Assembly: GCA_023247255.1 (NCBI GenBank)
Contig: JAHFGV010000004.1
Coordinates: 20,023 to 84,022, forward strand
DNA from: Candidatus Omnitrophota bacterium
Lineage (GTDB): Bacteria > Omnitrophota > Gorgyraeia > Aquiviventales > Aquiviventaceae
Reading direction: 5' to 3'
DNA length: 64,000 nt
The notes under the pieces were generated by a model. It saw nothing but the letters and a program-made list of their open reading frames with translations. It was not told where the DNA came from and did no database searches. This document shows positions 47,720 through 58,964 of this stretch, in pieces. Every line of letters begins with the position of its first letter. The first letter of the stretch is position 1. The position numbers and the translations under genes were made by a program.

Positions 47720-50038
47720 TTATCGATCCGGCCTTGTGGATGTTCCTTCATCCAATCGCTCGGCTAAGATCCTGGGATCGGTAGTCGGCAAAGTGCAGAC
47801 ATATCCTTGACACATATAAGCCGTGGGTTGTCCATTCACAGGACCCTGATGTTGCACATAAGGAGCGAAACCCTCCAACTCCTTCGCCTCCGAGCCTGTA
47901 GGACGTAACACCGTCACCGTCCTGGGTAGAAAGCGTTGATCGATCACTTCAATCATTTCTTTCGTTCTGGAATCGTCTCTATCACCGACGATGACGATCT
48001 CTCGTATTGGACCGAGTGCGAAATCCCAGTCAATCAAAAGTTGGGGATATCGAAAGGGCTCGGATTCCACTAGCGCCACCACACTCTCCAGCGCCCGACG
48101 ACCGAGATCTTCCAGATGAGGATCAGCCCTCAAGCGTCCCAGTCGCAACAGCAGCCCAATGGCCATGGAATTTCCGGATGGCGTTGCCCCGTCGTAGAAC
48201 TCTTTGACGGGAGCAATCAACTCGGGCTCTGTCCGATCCCTTAGAAAGAATCCTTCCTGTTGCGGATCCCAAAACCGCTCGATCATTACATCGACTAGTC
48301 GTTTGGCCCAAACCAAGTACTTCACGTCATATCCCGATTCATACACCTCCAGAAGGCCGTAGCCGAAAAAAGCGTAGTCTTCCAGTGTCCCGGGATAAGC
48401 GGCCTCTTTCTCGCGGTAGCGCCTGAGCAGCAATCCATCCTGTTGAAGGTGCTGCCAGATGAAGTCTGCCGCTTGGCGGGCCTTTATCAAATAGGAAGGT
48501 TCATGAAGGGTGGAAGCCCCGTAAGCCAGGCTGGCAATCATCAACCCATTCCACGAGGTCAAGATCTTGTCGTCTCGATGAGGACGCTTGCGTCTGGCAC
48601 GTTTGGCAAGAAGCTGCACCCGGTTTTGGGCAAGGCGCTCATCGAACGCCCTTGCCTTTAGACCGTTGCGTTTGGCGAACATCTCCAAAGGTTGTGTGAC
48701 ATGCAGAATACTCTTGCCATGCTCGAAATTTCCTTCCGGTGTGAGCCCGTAATACCGATTAAACCACTCGGCATCTTTTTCCCCCAATAGCTCGGTGATT
48801 TCTGCAGGCGTCCAGACATAGAATTTACCTTCTTGTCCCTCACTGTCAGCATCTTCAGCCGAATAGAAAGCGCCTGCTGCATCGGAAAGATCCCTCAGGA
48901 CATAATCCAATATCCCACGAGCCACCCTCGCGTACTCTTGACGTTGGGTAACCCGATAAGATTCAAGGAATGCCCTTGCCAACAAGGCTTGGTCATACAG
49001 CATCTTCTCAAAGTGAGGAACCAGCCACTGCGCATCGGTCGAATAGCGGTGAAAACCTCCTCCCAAATGGTCGTGAATCCCTCCCTGGGAAAGATGATCG
49101 AGGGTCGTTGTCACTAGCTCAAGCGCCTGATGAGTCTGAGTCCGAAGCCAATAGTGAAGCAGAAAAGAAAGCTCATGACCCCTGGGAAACTTCGGAGCGT
49201 TACCGAATCCGCCGTAGGTGGAATCGAACCACGCCACCGCCTGATTGAAAGCTCGATGAAGCGGATCGATGGTGAGTGTTCCAGAAGCGTGGGGGGTGGA
49301 TAGCCGCTCTTTCAGGATTGTGGTCAGCCGCTCAGCGGAGCTCAGCAGCTCTTCACGCCGATTCTTCCAAGCCTCTGCCACAGCAGGCAGGAGCTCTTGA
49401 AGCCCGATGAGATCGCCCCGACGCTGCGGTGGGAAATACGTACCTCCAAACACAGCTCTTCCATCCGGAGTCAGAATCACCGTCAAAGGCCATCCGCCGG
49501 CGCCTGTCATCAGCATCACGGCACTCATGTAGATATGGTCGATGTCTGGGTATTCTTCTCGATCGACTTTGATGGATACAAACCAACGGTTCAGCATTTC
49601 GGCAGTCTCAGCATCCTCAAACGATTCGTGTGCCATCACATGACACCAGTGACAGGTGGAATAACCGATGGATAAAAAAACAAGTTTGTCCTCTTGATTG
49701 GCTTTTTCGAAGGCATCTTTCCCCCAGGGATACCAGTCGACGGGATTGTAGGCGTGCTGCAACAGGTAGGGGCTTTTCTCTTGGATGAGCCTATTCGGTT
49801 TTGCTGGACTACGTTGGGCGTGATCCATTTTATCTTCCGAACCTCTTTCGGAAACTTTGGATGGAGCGTGTGGGCAACCGATAAGCGATACCGTCAGGAA
49901 CGATACGATGAGAATCTGCGCAAGCACTCTGCTTTGGAATAGAACTGTGGCGAATACAGAGATAGAACCAATCACCCTCGATGGCTTCGAACACATTCGA
50001 GATAAAAACCTCTTCGCCCTTTCGATAGGGTAGTTCAC
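47720..50038 (-). CDS. Thioredoxin-domain DUF255 protein (YyaL/SPATA20-like)
   Basis: [66 protein letters not shown]; true start uncertain. Confidence 0.93.
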   Translation of the reverse strand: MNYPIERAKRFLSRMCSKPSRVIGSISVFATVLFQSRVLAQILIVSFLTVSLIGCPHAPSKVSERGSEDKMDHAQRSPAKPNRLIQEKSPYLLQHAYNPVDWYPWGKDAFEKANQEDKLVFLSIGYSTCHWCHVMAHESFEDAETAEMLNRWFVSIKVDREEYPDIDHIYMSAVMLMTGAGGWPLTVILTPDGRAVFGGTYFPPQRRGDLIGLQELLPAVAEAWKNRREELLSSAERLTTILKERLSTPHASGTLTIDPLHRAFNQAVAWFDSTYGGFGNAPKFPRGHELSFLLHYWLRTQTHQALELVTTTLDHLSQGGIHDHLGGGFHRYSTDAQWLVPHFEKMLYDQALLARAFLESYRVTQRQEYARVARGILDYVLRDLSDAAGAFYSAEDADSEGQEGKFYVWTPAEITELLGEKDAEWFNRYYGLTPEGNFEHGKSILHVTQPLEMFAKRNGLKARAFDERLAQNRVQLLAKRARRKRPHRDDKILTSWNGLMIASLAYGASTLHEPSYLIKARQAADFIWQHLQQDGLLLRRYREKEAAYPGTLEDYAFFGYGLLEVYESGYDVKYLVWAKRLVDVMIERFWDPQQEGFFLRDRTEPELIAPVKEFYDGATPSGNSMAIGLLLRLGRLRADPHLEDLGRRALESVVALVESEPFRYPQLLIDWDFALGPIREIVIVGDRDDSRTKEMIEVIDQRFLPRTVTVLRPTGSEAKELEGFAPYVQHQGPVNGQPTAYMCQGYVCTLPTTDPRILAERLDEGTSTRPDR

Positions 50039-50140
50039 CTTCTCCCATTCGTCAAGTTATGGATGCCCCCCGGCCTTACCCCGCCCTTCTGGGGCTTTCC
50101 CAAAAGGGTGGGGCTTACGGTCGTGGTCCCTCCATCTATT

Positions 50141-50291
50141 CTAACAGGATGCTTAAAAATGCCAGTCGGTTCAGGGTTCGGGGTTCTGGGCTGGGGGCCA
50201 GGACCCGTCTCACCGACGAGCCGTGGTGTATTTGCCCCGAACCCTGAACCCTCAACCCAGAATTACGAAGGGTTTTTCCGCAGCCTGCTAA
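50141..50291. mobile_element. MITE-like element, family C (near-identical inverted copy at 60439-60589)
   Basis: CTAACAGGATGCTTAAAAA ... TTTTTCCGCAGCCTGCTAA with internal GAACCCT/GAACCCC heptamers. Confidence 0.8.
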
Positions 50292-50438
50292 ATCTACCTT
50301 GGGATATGCGACACTCGGGTGAGGCATTCGAAATCCCACCATCTATGTTCGGTCCGGGTAAGTCGAAACAGCGTGCATCCCCGTCCGTGATTCCTTACGT
50401 TGACAGTCAAAGTCATCTCATGCTATCTTGCCTGTCCC

Positions 50439-51161
50439 ATGCTTCGTCACATCTGGGCAATGGCCGAGCTGGTCTACCCTCCTATGTGCAGCCTCTGTCG
50501 GGCACATCTTGGCTGCCCCTCTGAGATCATCTGTCATGACTGCAGGATGGACATGTCACGCAATAGCCCGCCGGTCTGCACCCAATGCGGACTGGGGCTC
50601 TCCGGGGCTTTTGACGCAAAGCTGTTGTGCACCGGATGCCGAAGAAAACCACCGGCGTTTGACATGGCCAGGGCCCCCTGGTGCTATCGTGGCCCTGTGC
50701 AACAAGCGATTCAGCAGTTCAAATATAACCACTGCTGGCGTTTGACGGACTGGCTGGTCCAAGGTATGGCCCGTTCGGCACTGACTGATTTGCCGATGGA
50801 GCAAATTGATTTCGTCGTTCCTGTCCCGATGCATTGGCTTAAGAAACGCCTGAAGGGTTTCGATCATACAGTCTTTTTGGCCCGATCGGTGGCGAGAATC
50901 CTAAATAAACCATTTGCTCCACAGCTGCTTCAAAGTATCCGATGGACGAAAAGCCAAACCCGTCTGGGGTTCACTCATCGATTTCGAAACGTCCGAGGGA
51001 AGTTTCGAGCAAGATCGGTTCCTCACTCGATCCCTCTGTTGGTCGATGACGTGCTAACCAGTGGGGCAACCGCTCACGCTTGTGCGAAGGCACTCAAAGA
51101 AGCCGGTGCCAGACAGGTCTTTGTCATCACCGCTGCCAGAACACCCTTGAGCCTCCAATGA
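50439..51161 (+). CDS. comF: ComF family protein (zinc ribbon + phosphoribosyltransferase)
   Basis: Four CxxC, FKY, VPVPMH, LVDDVLTSGAT. Confidence 0.92.
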   Translation: MLRHIWAMAELVYPPMCSLCRAHLGCPSEIICHDCRMDMSRNSPPVCTQCGLGLSGAFDAKLLCTGCRRKPPAFDMARAPWCYRGPVQQAIQQFKYNHCWRLTDWLVQGMARSALTDLPMEQIDFVVPVPMHWLKKRLKGFDHTVFLARSVARILNKPFAPQLLQSIRWTKSQTRLGFTHRFRNVRGKFRARSVPHSIPLLVDDVLTSGATAHACAKALKEAGARQVFVITAARTPLSLQ

Positions 51162-52252
51162 AAATCTTGCGAACCTACGTGCTGTGTGAACATCTGAACC
51201 CATTTTTCGTTACCCTGGGAGGATTGACTGGCGTCTTGCTGCTAGGCAACACGGTCAAATTCGCGGATCTAGTCATCGCCAAGGGAGTCAGCTTTTTTGA
51301 CTTGTTACGATTGCTCATCTACCTCATTCCTTACATGCTGAGTTTCACCGTTCCCATGGCCTGCCTGGTTGCTATGATCCTAGCCTTTGGCCGACTCAAT
51401 ATGGATTACGAACTGATCGCCATGCGCGCATCGGGAATCGCACCCATTCGCCTGGTTTTTCCTTTCCTAACCCTGGGCCTACTCATCAGCGTCTTCATGG
51501 TCGCTCTTAACGATCGGGTCGTCCCATCGGCTCATCTTGCCTTCCGCCAACAACTCAAGGCGCTCGGCATCAAACAACCCACAGCGTATCTGGAAGCGGG
51601 AACATTCATCAAAGACTTTTCGCCCTACGTTATGTTCGTCTATCGAGTCGATGGACAGATGCTTCACAATGTCCGGATTTATGAGCCGCAGCCCAATGGT
51701 CCGACGCGCACGGTCATCGCTGATCGTGGAGAGTTCAACCCATTATCCAACAAAAAGCAGGGAGTGCGGTTGACGCTATTCAACGGGGTTGTAGATGAAT
51801 GGGACCCCATTCATCCGGGATCGTTACAGAAAGTCTCATTCGCCACCTACACCATGAATCTCCAATCAGACCAGCAAGACGCCGAGCGAATCGGAAAGAA
51901 AATTAAAGAGCTTACCTTCCAGGAACTCTTGGAAGAACGCCGTCGTCTGGCCGCGCAAGATATCGAAACCCTCCCAGTGAGCTTGGAACTCCATCGCAAG
52001 ATCGCTTCTTCTTTTGCACCCCTGACATTCATCCTGTTTGGACTGGGCTTCGGGCTGCGATTGAACCATCAAGAACGGCTGACCCCCTATCTTTGGGCCC
52101 TGGGAGTATTCCTTTGTTATTATCTGGGCAGCGTTGGAATGGACGTCCTAGCGCTCAAAGGTTGGTTGAGTCCCTGGTCAGCCATGTGGATACCTAATTT
52201 TGCGGGAATCCTCATCAGCGGAGTTCTGCTTTTTCGCACGCTGAATCGCTGA
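51158..52252 (+). CDS. lptF: LPS export permease LptF
   Basis: MKILRTY, FGRL..D.ELIAMRASG, ELHRKIA, W.AMWIPN. Confidence 0.88.
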   Translation: MKILRTYVLCEHLNPFFVTLGGLTGVLLLGNTVKFADLVIAKGVSFFDLLRLLIYLIPYMLSFTVPMACLVAMILAFGRLNMDYELIAMRASGIAPIRLVFPFLTLGLLISVFMVALNDRVVPSAHLAFRQQLKALGIKQPTAYLEAGTFIKDFSPYVMFVYRVDGQMLHNVRIYEPQPNGPTRTVIADRGEFNPLSNKKQGVRLTLFNGVVDEWDPIHPGSLQKVSFATYTMNLQSDQQDAERIGKKIKELTFQELLEERRRLAAQDIETLPVSLELHRKIASSFAPLTFILFGLGFGLRLNHQERLTPYLWALGVFLCYYLGSVGMDVLALKGWLSPWSAMWIPNFAGILISGVLLFRTLNR

Positions 52253-52253
52253 C

Positions 52254-53333
52254 ATGCGTATCCTCGACCGTTATGTCGTCAGACAATGGATGCCCGCCTG
52301 GTGCTGGGGAATAGCGATCTTCTTGCTCCTCAGTTGCCTGTTGGACTTGTTCGGACATTTGGATGAAATCTTCCGCTATCGTATTGCCGCACTTACGCTC
52401 ATCCAATACTACGTTAACTTTTCTCCATTGGTATTCGTGCACGCCGCTCCCTTTGCCTCGCTTTTGGCCACGGCCTTCGTGACTAGCCGCCTCACCCGCA
52501 ACCATGAACTTTTGGCACTCAGCGCCAGTGGAACCAGCCTACTGCGAAGCAGCCTTCCCTTTCTCTTTATGGGCTGGTGCGTTGGGCTTTGTGTATTCGC
52601 TGTCAATGAACGTGTGATCCCGCATACTTCTCGTATTCAAGAGCATATCCAGCGGGAGGCCTTCCGTGAGCAGAACAAAGAAAACGTCATTGAAAACGTG
52701 GCCATCATTGATAGCGCCAACCGTCTGTATCACGCTCGGAAGCTGCATGTGAAGACTCAAGAACTGCATGAGTTGACCGTGCTGGAACACGATTCTGCCA
52801 ACCGCCCCACGAGTATCCTGCACGCCAGCCGCGCGATTTGGACGAAGGATGGCTGGTTACTGCTTTATGGAACGTTTTATCGTGAGGGGACATCGGAAAT
52901 CTCGAAAGAAAATCCACAACCCTTTATGGAACGGTTGATCCCCTACCCGGTCAATCTCCAATCGTTTAGCGAACCCCAGACACGTACGGAGACTATGCGG
53001 TACGGGCAATTGCGTCTGTTTATCATTCACTTAAAACAGATGGGGATCACTACCTTGAGGCGCTATTACGTAGAACTCGTGGCGAAGGTCACTGTGCCGT
53101 TTATGAATGTGGTTATCTGCTTGATCGCCTTCGTGGGCACCAGCTCAAAGAACCTGCGTGGAAATCTGAAGGGACTGGGTGTCAGCCTTGGGTGGGGAAC
53201 ACTCTACTTTATCGGTGTCCACGTAGCAATCGCAATGGCCAAAGCGTGGGACGTACCCATCTTTATCACTGCGATACTGCCACATGTTATTGCCCTGTGG
53301 AAGTGCTTTCGGATTCTTCGTCGGGCGACTTAA
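52254..53333 (+). CDS. lptG: LPS export permease LptG
   Basis: MRILDRYV, L.RNHELLAL.ASG.S, NE.VIP; follows lptF. Confidence 0.85.
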   Translation: MRILDRYVVRQWMPAWCWGIAIFLLLSCLLDLFGHLDEIFRYRIAALTLIQYYVNFSPLVFVHAAPFASLLATAFVTSRLTRNHELLALSASGTSLLRSSLPFLFMGWCVGLCVFAVNERVIPHTSRIQEHIQREAFREQNKENVIENVAIIDSANRLYHARKLHVKTQELHELTVLEHDSANRPTSILHASRAIWTKDGWLLLYGTFYREGTSEISKENPQPFMERLIPYPVNLQSFSEPQTRTETMRYGQLRLFIIHLKQMGITTLRRYYVELVAKVTVPFMNVVICLIAFVGTSSKNLRGNLKGLGVSLGWGTLYFIGVHVAIAMAKAWDVPIFITAILPHVIALWKCFRILRRAT

Positions 53334-53426
53334 AATCCGCAATTCGCAATCCCAAATCCGAAATTAAAAACTTGCTCCTTGCCCCATACTGACGCCCAGA
53401 GTCGAAAGGGGTTTCCCAACCGTCTG

Positions 53427-54689
53427 CTAAGTACCCAGCTCCCAACTGGAAAGATAATGTTTCTGGGCAGCGCTCAGACGATCGATGGATACCCCCAGGG
53501 ATTGAAGTTTCAATCGAGCGATCTGCCGGTCCAACTCCACAGGCACCGGGTAAACGCGGTTATCCATCCGATGGGCATGGGTTTTCAAATATTCGCAACT
53601 CAGGGCCTGATTGGCGAAAGACATGTCCATCACTCCTGGAGGATGTCCCTCGGCACAGGCGAGATTGACCAACCGGCCCTCTGCCAGAACATTGATCCGC
53701 CGGCCATCGTTCAGCACGTACTGGTGAATGCCATTGCGGATCCCTGCGTGCCGACGGCTCATCTTTTTCAATACAGCTAAGTCGATTTCAACATCAAAGT
53801 GACCCGCATTCGCAACGATCGCACCATCCTTCATCCTCGCAAAATGAACGCCGGTGAGAACCTGGTTGCAGCCGGTGACGGTCACAAACAGATCTCCACT
53901 TCGAGCAGCCTCGGTCAGTGGCATGACCTGAAAACCATCCATGACGGCTTCCAGGCTCTTGATGGGGTCCACTTCACACACGATCACACGGGCTCCCATC
54001 CCTTTTGCCCGCTGGGCTAAGCCCTTGCCACACCAACCATAGCCGCAGACTACGAATAGGGATCCCGCAAGCAACTGATTGGTCGCTCGCAGGATGCCAT
54101 CGATGGTGGATTGTCCCGTCCCGTAGCGATTGTCAAAAAGATGCTTGGTGCTGGCGTCGTTGACGGCGATCACCGGGTAACGTAACTTTCCCTGTGCTTC
54201 CAGACTTCGAAGGCGAATCACCCCTGTGGTAGTCTCTTCGGTTCCCCCGACGATATTTTTCCCAAAGCAGTGAGGCTCTTTGTGGATCATCGAGACCAAA
54301 TCCGCCCCGTCATCCATAGTGGCATGGGGCGATAGGTCCAGCGCCTGCTGAAGGTGCCTATAGTACGTCTTGCGATTCTCTCCACGGATGGCATAAACCG
54401 GAATCCCGAAATCCGTCACCAGGCTCGCTGCGATATCATCCTGAGTGGAGAGTGGGTTCGACGCACAGAGGGCAATCTGGGCACCGGCTGCTTTCAGGGT
54501 GATCATCAAATGAGCGGTCTCCGTCGTAACGTGAAGGCAGCAAGCGACGCGCAAACCCCTCAGCGGACGGCTACGTCCCATTCGCAAGCGGATACTCAAA
54601 AGCACCGGCATCTGACGTTCTGCCCAGAGGATCTTAGACTTTCCTGACGGGGCCAGGGCTCGGTTTTTAATGTCGCAAGATGGACTCAC
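53427..54689 (-). CDS. ahcY: Adenosylhomocysteinase
   Basis: [58 protein letters not shown]. Confidence 0.97.
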   Translation of the reverse strand: MSPSCDIKNRALAPSGKSKILWAERQMPVLLSIRLRMGRSRPLRGLRVACCLHVTTETAHLMITLKAAGAQIALCASNPLSTQDDIAASLVTDFGIPVYAIRGENRKTYYRHLQQALDLSPHATMDDGADLVSMIHKEPHCFGKNIVGGTEETTTGVIRLRSLEAQGKLRYPVIAVNDASTKHLFDNRYGTGQSTIDGILRATNQLLAGSLFVVCGYGWCGKGLAQRAKGMGARVIVCEVDPIKSLEAVMDGFQVMPLTEAARSGDLFVTVTGCNQVLTGVHFARMKDGAIVANAGHFDVEIDLAVLKKMSRRHAGIRNGIHQYVLNDGRRINVLAEGRLVNLACAEGHPPGVMDMSFANQALSCEYLKTHAHRMDNRVYPVPVELDRQIARLKLQSLGVSIDRLSAAQKHYLSSWELGT

Positions 54690-54749
54690 AACACCCTCCT
54701 TTTTTCATTACAGATTGCAGATTGTGAAAGACACTCATTTGAAAATAGC

Positions 54750-55895
54750 TTAGTGGTGCTTAAACGCTCGCTTCACCTGATCCAGACGATCAAGGGCTTC
54801 CCATGGAAATCCTTCTTGTTCACGCCCAAAATGCCCATAGGCGGCGGTCTTGCGATAGATGGGACGACGCAGCTTCAAGGTCTGGATGATGCCGCTTGGG
54901 GTCAGATCGAACACCTGGCGGATGACCTTTACTATATGCTCGTCAGATACCTTGCCCGTTCCATGGGTGTTGACCATGACAGAAACCGGCTCGGCAATCC
55001 CAATTGCGTAGGCCAGTTGGATTTCACAGCGATCCGCAACCCCTGCCGCTACCAAGTGCTTGGCCACATACCGGGCCATGTACGCCGCGGAACGATCCAC
55101 TTTTGTCGGATCCTTCCCCGAAAACGCCCCACCCCCGTGGCCGATCACACCCCCATAGGTGTCCATGACGATTTTTCTTCCCGTCAGACCGGTATCCGCC
55201 ATGGGACCGCCAACCTCAAAACGCCCTGTCGGATTGATAAAGATATTCGTCCGCTTATCCAACCACTCCTTCGGCACGATGGGAGCGATGACCAATCGTT
55301 TCATATCCGCGCGAATCCGTGACAGCGGAACCCCTGCCTTATGGTGAACGCTGACGACTAGCGCATCGATTCGCGCAATCCGCCCATCGTGATACTCGAC
55401 CGTCACTTGCGTCTTACCATCCGGCCGCAGATAACTTAGTAAATGCTGCTTGCGCACTTCTGCAACGCGCCGGGCCAGGCGATGGGCAAGCATAATGGGC
55501 AGCGGCATCAACTCGGGCGTCTCGCGCGTGGCATATCCGAACATCATCCCTTGGTCGCCCGCCCCTCCCTGATCCACACCCAGAGCGATATCGGGCGATT
55601 GCGCTTGAATGGAAGTCACCACCCCGCAGGTTTCATGGGCGAACCCATTCTGTGGCTCCTCGTAGCCAATGATGCGAATCATCTCACGGACGATCTGGGG
55701 AATCTCAATGTAACAGGAAGTGGTAACTTCTCCAGCAACACAGACGAATCCAGTGGTGATTAATGTTTCACAGGCCACGCGGCCGTTGGGATCCTTTTCA
55801 TAGATCGCATCCAACACAGCATCCGAAATCTGGTCCGCCATCTTGTCCGGATGCCCCTCAGTAACCGATTCCGACGTGAAGAACAAACGTTTCAT
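54750..55895 (-). CDS. metK: S-adenosylmethionine synthetase
   Basis: [47 protein letters not shown]. Confidence 0.98.
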   Translation of the reverse strand: MKRLFFTSESVTEGHPDKMADQISDAVLDAIYEKDPNGRVACETLITTGFVCVAGEVTTSCYIEIPQIVREMIRIIGYEEPQNGFAHETCGVVTSIQAQSPDIALGVDQGGAGDQGMMFGYATRETPELMPLPIMLAHRLARRVAEVRKQHLLSYLRPDGKTQVTVEYHDGRIARIDALVVSVHHKAGVPLSRIRADMKRLVIAPIVPKEWLDKRTNIFINPTGRFEVGGPMADTGLTGRKIVMDTYGGVIGHGGGAFSGKDPTKVDRSAAYMARYVAKHLVAAGVADRCEIQLAYAIGIAEPVSVMVNTHGTGKVSDEHIVKVIRQVFDLTPSGIIQTLKLRRPIYRKTAAYGHFGREQEGFPWEALDRLDQVKRAFKHH

Positions 55896-55928
55896 GAGTA
55901 ACCTCCTTACTAATCTCGATAGAATTGC

Positions 55929-56699
55929 TTATCCCTGCAGTTTCAAACGCTTGGAAACAGCGGGTGAACCCCAAATGTTTACCACTGTCCGATAGGCTTC
56001 AATAGAACCGATATCATACCAGGCACCCGTCATCGGCACGCCGTAGACGGATTCGCGCTCAAGCAGCCACGCAATCAGATGCCCTGGGGCATCCCCGTTT
56101 TGTCCCTCGTCAAGAAACTGCCGGATTCTGAAAACCATGGGCTGTGGAAAGTAATAGACGCAAAGGGCCACTTCCTTGGAAGACGGCTGGGGTGACTTCT
56201 CGACGAAGGAGATAATACGCGACGACGGTTCCCTCTTGACGACCCCGAACTGTCTGGCCGCCTCCAGGCGAGGAGCTTCCCATAAAGCCACACTCGCAGA
56301 CGGCCAATACCGTTTGGCCGTAGCCACAAACTCGGCAACGGACCAGTCAAATAAGTTGTCCGTCCCAATCACAAGCAAATCGTTGAGATCCCCTGTCTGT
56401 GTCCTGGCAAGCTCCAGATCGCGCACGGCGCCCAAACGACCTTCGGGGTTGCGCGTCCCATCGTCGACGATCTGGATATTGACATCGCGTGCGCGCTGCC
56501 AGGCGCGAAACCGATCGGCAAAAAGCGTGTTGGTAACCAAGACACACCGCTTCCCCTCAGGCACGTCGGGGAGGGTACGGATGATGGCATCCAAAATCAC
56601 GCCTTCACCCAGGGGAAGCAACGCCTTGGGGGTGTCTTTCGTTAAAGGATACAACCGCGTCCCATATCCTGCAGCCAGCAAAACTACCGTCACCGGCAT
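55929..56699 (-). CDS. Sugar-phosphate nucleotidyltransferase family protein
   Basis: LAAGYGTRLYPLT...PKALLP, FVEK, WYDIGS. Confidence 0.9.
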   Translation of the reverse strand: MPVTVVLLAAGYGTRLYPLTKDTPKALLPLGEGVILDAIIRTLPDVPEGKRCVLVTNTLFADRFRAWQRARDVNIQIVDDGTRNPEGRLGAVRDLELARTQTGDLNDLLVIGTDNLFDWSVAEFVATAKRYWPSASVALWEAPRLEAARQFGVVKREPSSRIISFVEKSPQPSSKEVALCVYYFPQPMVFRIRQFLDEGQNGDAPGHLIAWLLERESVYGVPMTGAWYDIGSIEAYRTVVNIWGSPAVSKRLKLQG

Positions 56700-56704
56700 A
56701 TCCC

Positions 56705-58444
56705 TCACTCCGTGAGGTCTGGGACTATCTGCTTCAATGTCGCCGTAAGAAACGCTTCCACTTCCTTGCCTGTTTTAAGCGTCAGGACCTGTTCGACCAC
56801 CGAACGGGCAAAGGAGTGTTCGACCGATCGAATCACACGTTTGACCAACGGCAACTGGACCGGCGAGGTGGAGAACTCATCCAACCCCATTCCCATCAAC
56901 AGCAGCGTCATAACGGGCTCCCCGGCCATTTCTCCACACATACCCACCCAGAGATTGGCCGAGTGCCCCACTTCAATCACCCGCTGGATGAGCCTCAGGA
57001 TGGCCGGATGGGTAGGCTCGTAGAGATAGGCGATTTTTTCATTGACCCGATCAACGGCCAGGGCATATTGAATCAAATCATTGGTTCCAATGGAGAAAAA
57101 ATCCACCTCCTTCGCCAACAGATCACAGGTCAAAGCCGCGGAGGGAACCTCGATCATCGCTCCCACTTCAAAACGTTCAGCCATCGGTGCACCCTCTCGC
57201 GAGAGCTCCTCGCGGACGTCCCGGAAGATTTCGTTGGCTCGCTGCAATTCCTCAAGGCTTGAGATCATGGGGTACATCATCTTGAGGTTGCCATGGATGC
57301 TGGCTCGAAGAATGGCACGCAGTTGCACACGGAAAATCTCCGGGCGGGCCAGGCTAAACCGAATGGCACGCCAACCCATGAAGGGGTTCATCTCGGAAGG
57401 CAGTTGCAAGGGAGAAAGAAATTTATCTCCACCCAGATCCATGGTGCGGATAACGACTGGTTGTCCTTTAAGGCGTTCTGCCACCGATCGGTAGGCGTCA
57501 TACTGTTCCTCCTCGGTTGGCAAATCCAACCGGTTCAGATAAAGGAACTCCGTGCGGAAAAGTCCGATGCCATGGGCCCCATGGGCGATAACCGATGGCA
57601 ATTCGTCGGGAAGCTCGATATTGGCCGACAGGGTCACTGAATGATGATCGAGCGTCTCTGCCGGCAGGTCCTTTAAATGGAGCAACTGGCGGTTGATCTC
57701 TTGGGCTCGTCGGTGCTCCAGCTCGTAGCGCTCTACCGTGGAGGGATCGGGATCAATGAGCACATCCCCATGCGTACCATCTACAATCATAAACGATCCT
57801 TCAGAAATCCGTTTTGTCGCTGAAACCAGCCCCACGACGGCTGGAATCTCCAGGGATTTAGCCATAATGGCCGTATGGCTGGTGCGTCCCCCGACATCGG
57901 TGACAAAAGCCAGGATGTTGTGCCTGTGCATCAGAGCCGTTTCAGAAGGAGACAGATCCCTTGCCACGAGGATGACCCGCTGGCTGAGTCTCTCCAGAAC
58001 ATCCGTCTGCTTGCCCAAGAGGTTTCGAAGCACACGCTTGCGGACATCTTCCACATCAGCCGTTCGTTCTCGCAAATATTCGTCGTTGGTTCGAGAAAAC
58101 GCTTTGAGGTGACGCAAGACCACCTCATTGAAAATGGTCTCGACATTGAGGTGCTGCGATTTTAAACCAGTGATGATTTCTTCTCGAAGGGATTGGTCCT
58201 CGAGGACCAAAAGGTGGGCGTTGAAGATTTCCGCTTGTTCCTGCCCCAGTTCTTCGGCGAGCCGTTTCTGGATGCCACTGATTTGATGGCGGGTTTGAAT
58301 CAAAGCCTCTTCCAATCGGAGAACCTCAGCGGGAATCTCACCATCACTGATGGATCGCTTAGGCACAAGCAGCTCCTCTCTGAAGAGCAAGGCCTTGCCC
58401 ATAGCGATACCCGGAGCCGCTGGAATTCCTTTAAGTGCGATCAT
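56705..58444 (-). CDS. ptsI: PTS enzyme I (phosphoenolpyruvate-protein phosphotransferase)
   Basis: GGRTSHTAI, GLFRTEFL, NPFMGWRAIR, DFFSIGTNDLIQY, GMCGEMAG. Confidence 0.97.
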   Translation of the reverse strand: MIALKGIPAAPGIAMGKALLFREELLVPKRSISDGEIPAEVLRLEEALIQTRHQISGIQKRLAEELGQEQAEIFNAHLLVLEDQSLREEIITGLKSQHLNVETIFNEVVLRHLKAFSRTNDEYLRERTADVEDVRKRVLRNLLGKQTDVLERLSQRVILVARDLSPSETALMHRHNILAFVTDVGGRTSHTAIMAKSLEIPAVVGLVSATKRISEGSFMIVDGTHGDVLIDPDPSTVERYELEHRRAQEINRQLLHLKDLPAETLDHHSVTLSANIELPDELPSVIAHGAHGIGLFRTEFLYLNRLDLPTEEEQYDAYRSVAERLKGQPVVIRTMDLGGDKFLSPLQLPSEMNPFMGWRAIRFSLARPEIFRVQLRAILRASIHGNLKMMYPMISSLEELQRANEIFRDVREELSREGAPMAERFEVGAMIEVPSAALTCDLLAKEVDFFSIGTNDLIQYALAVDRVNEKIAYLYEPTHPAILRLIQRVIEVGHSANLWVGMCGEMAGEPVMTLLLMGMGLDEFSTSPVQLPLVKRVIRSVEHSFARSVVEQVLTLKTGKEVEAFLTATLKQIVPDLTE

Positions 58445-58734
58445 GTCGTGCGAGAAGAAGATGAAATGTCAGGTAGGGGTTCACTCACTAACTGGCACAA
58501 CCGCTCAAGGGCCTCGACCGCATCGGAACCTTCTGCCATAACCACAATACGCGAGCCCGGGTGGGCAGCAAGCGTCAACAGCCCCATGATCGATTTTCCA
58601 TCAACGATCTTCCGTCCCTTCTTGACAGTCACCCGGCTAGAATACTGCTTGGCCATCTGCACAAATATGGCTGCGGGACGGGCATGCAAGCCTTGGCGAT
58701 GCACCACAGTAACGGTACGCTGCACCCGCACCAT
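58441..58734 (-). CDS. ptsH: Phosphocarrier protein HPr
   Basis: GLHARPAA (His15 equivalent), DGKSIMGLL (Ser46 equivalent). Confidence 0.95.
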   Translation of the reverse strand: MVRVQRTVTVVHRQGLHARPAAIFVQMAKQYSSRVTVKKGRKIVDGKSIMGLLTLAAHPGSRIVVMAEGSDAVEALERLCQLVSEPLPDISSSSRTT

Positions 58735-58749
58735 CTTTAGATCGGTCCT

Positions 58750-58964
58750 TTAACAGGCTGCTGAAAAAGGCGCATCTGCTGCGTTACATCCCTTACGGCT
58801 TCGTCAGCGTACTTTCTAGTACGCGCCTCCTCAGCCGAATCGAGCTGCGCCTTGCATCTCGCACCTTTTTGAGCAGCCTAAGAGTGCCTAACATAATGAG
58901 CACATGGCTGCGATCATTATGTTAGGCACTCTAGTATCCCGTGGGTTTTTCAGCAATCTGTTAA
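58750..58964. mobile_element. Composite MITE-like element, family C, with nested 19-bp perfect inverted repeat (58881-58932)
   Basis: TTAACAGGCTGCTGAAAAA ... TTTTTCAGCAATCTGTTAA; nested AGAGTGCCTAACATAATGA / TCATTATGTTAGGCACTCT; right end overlaps yvcK TAA. Confidence 0.75.
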
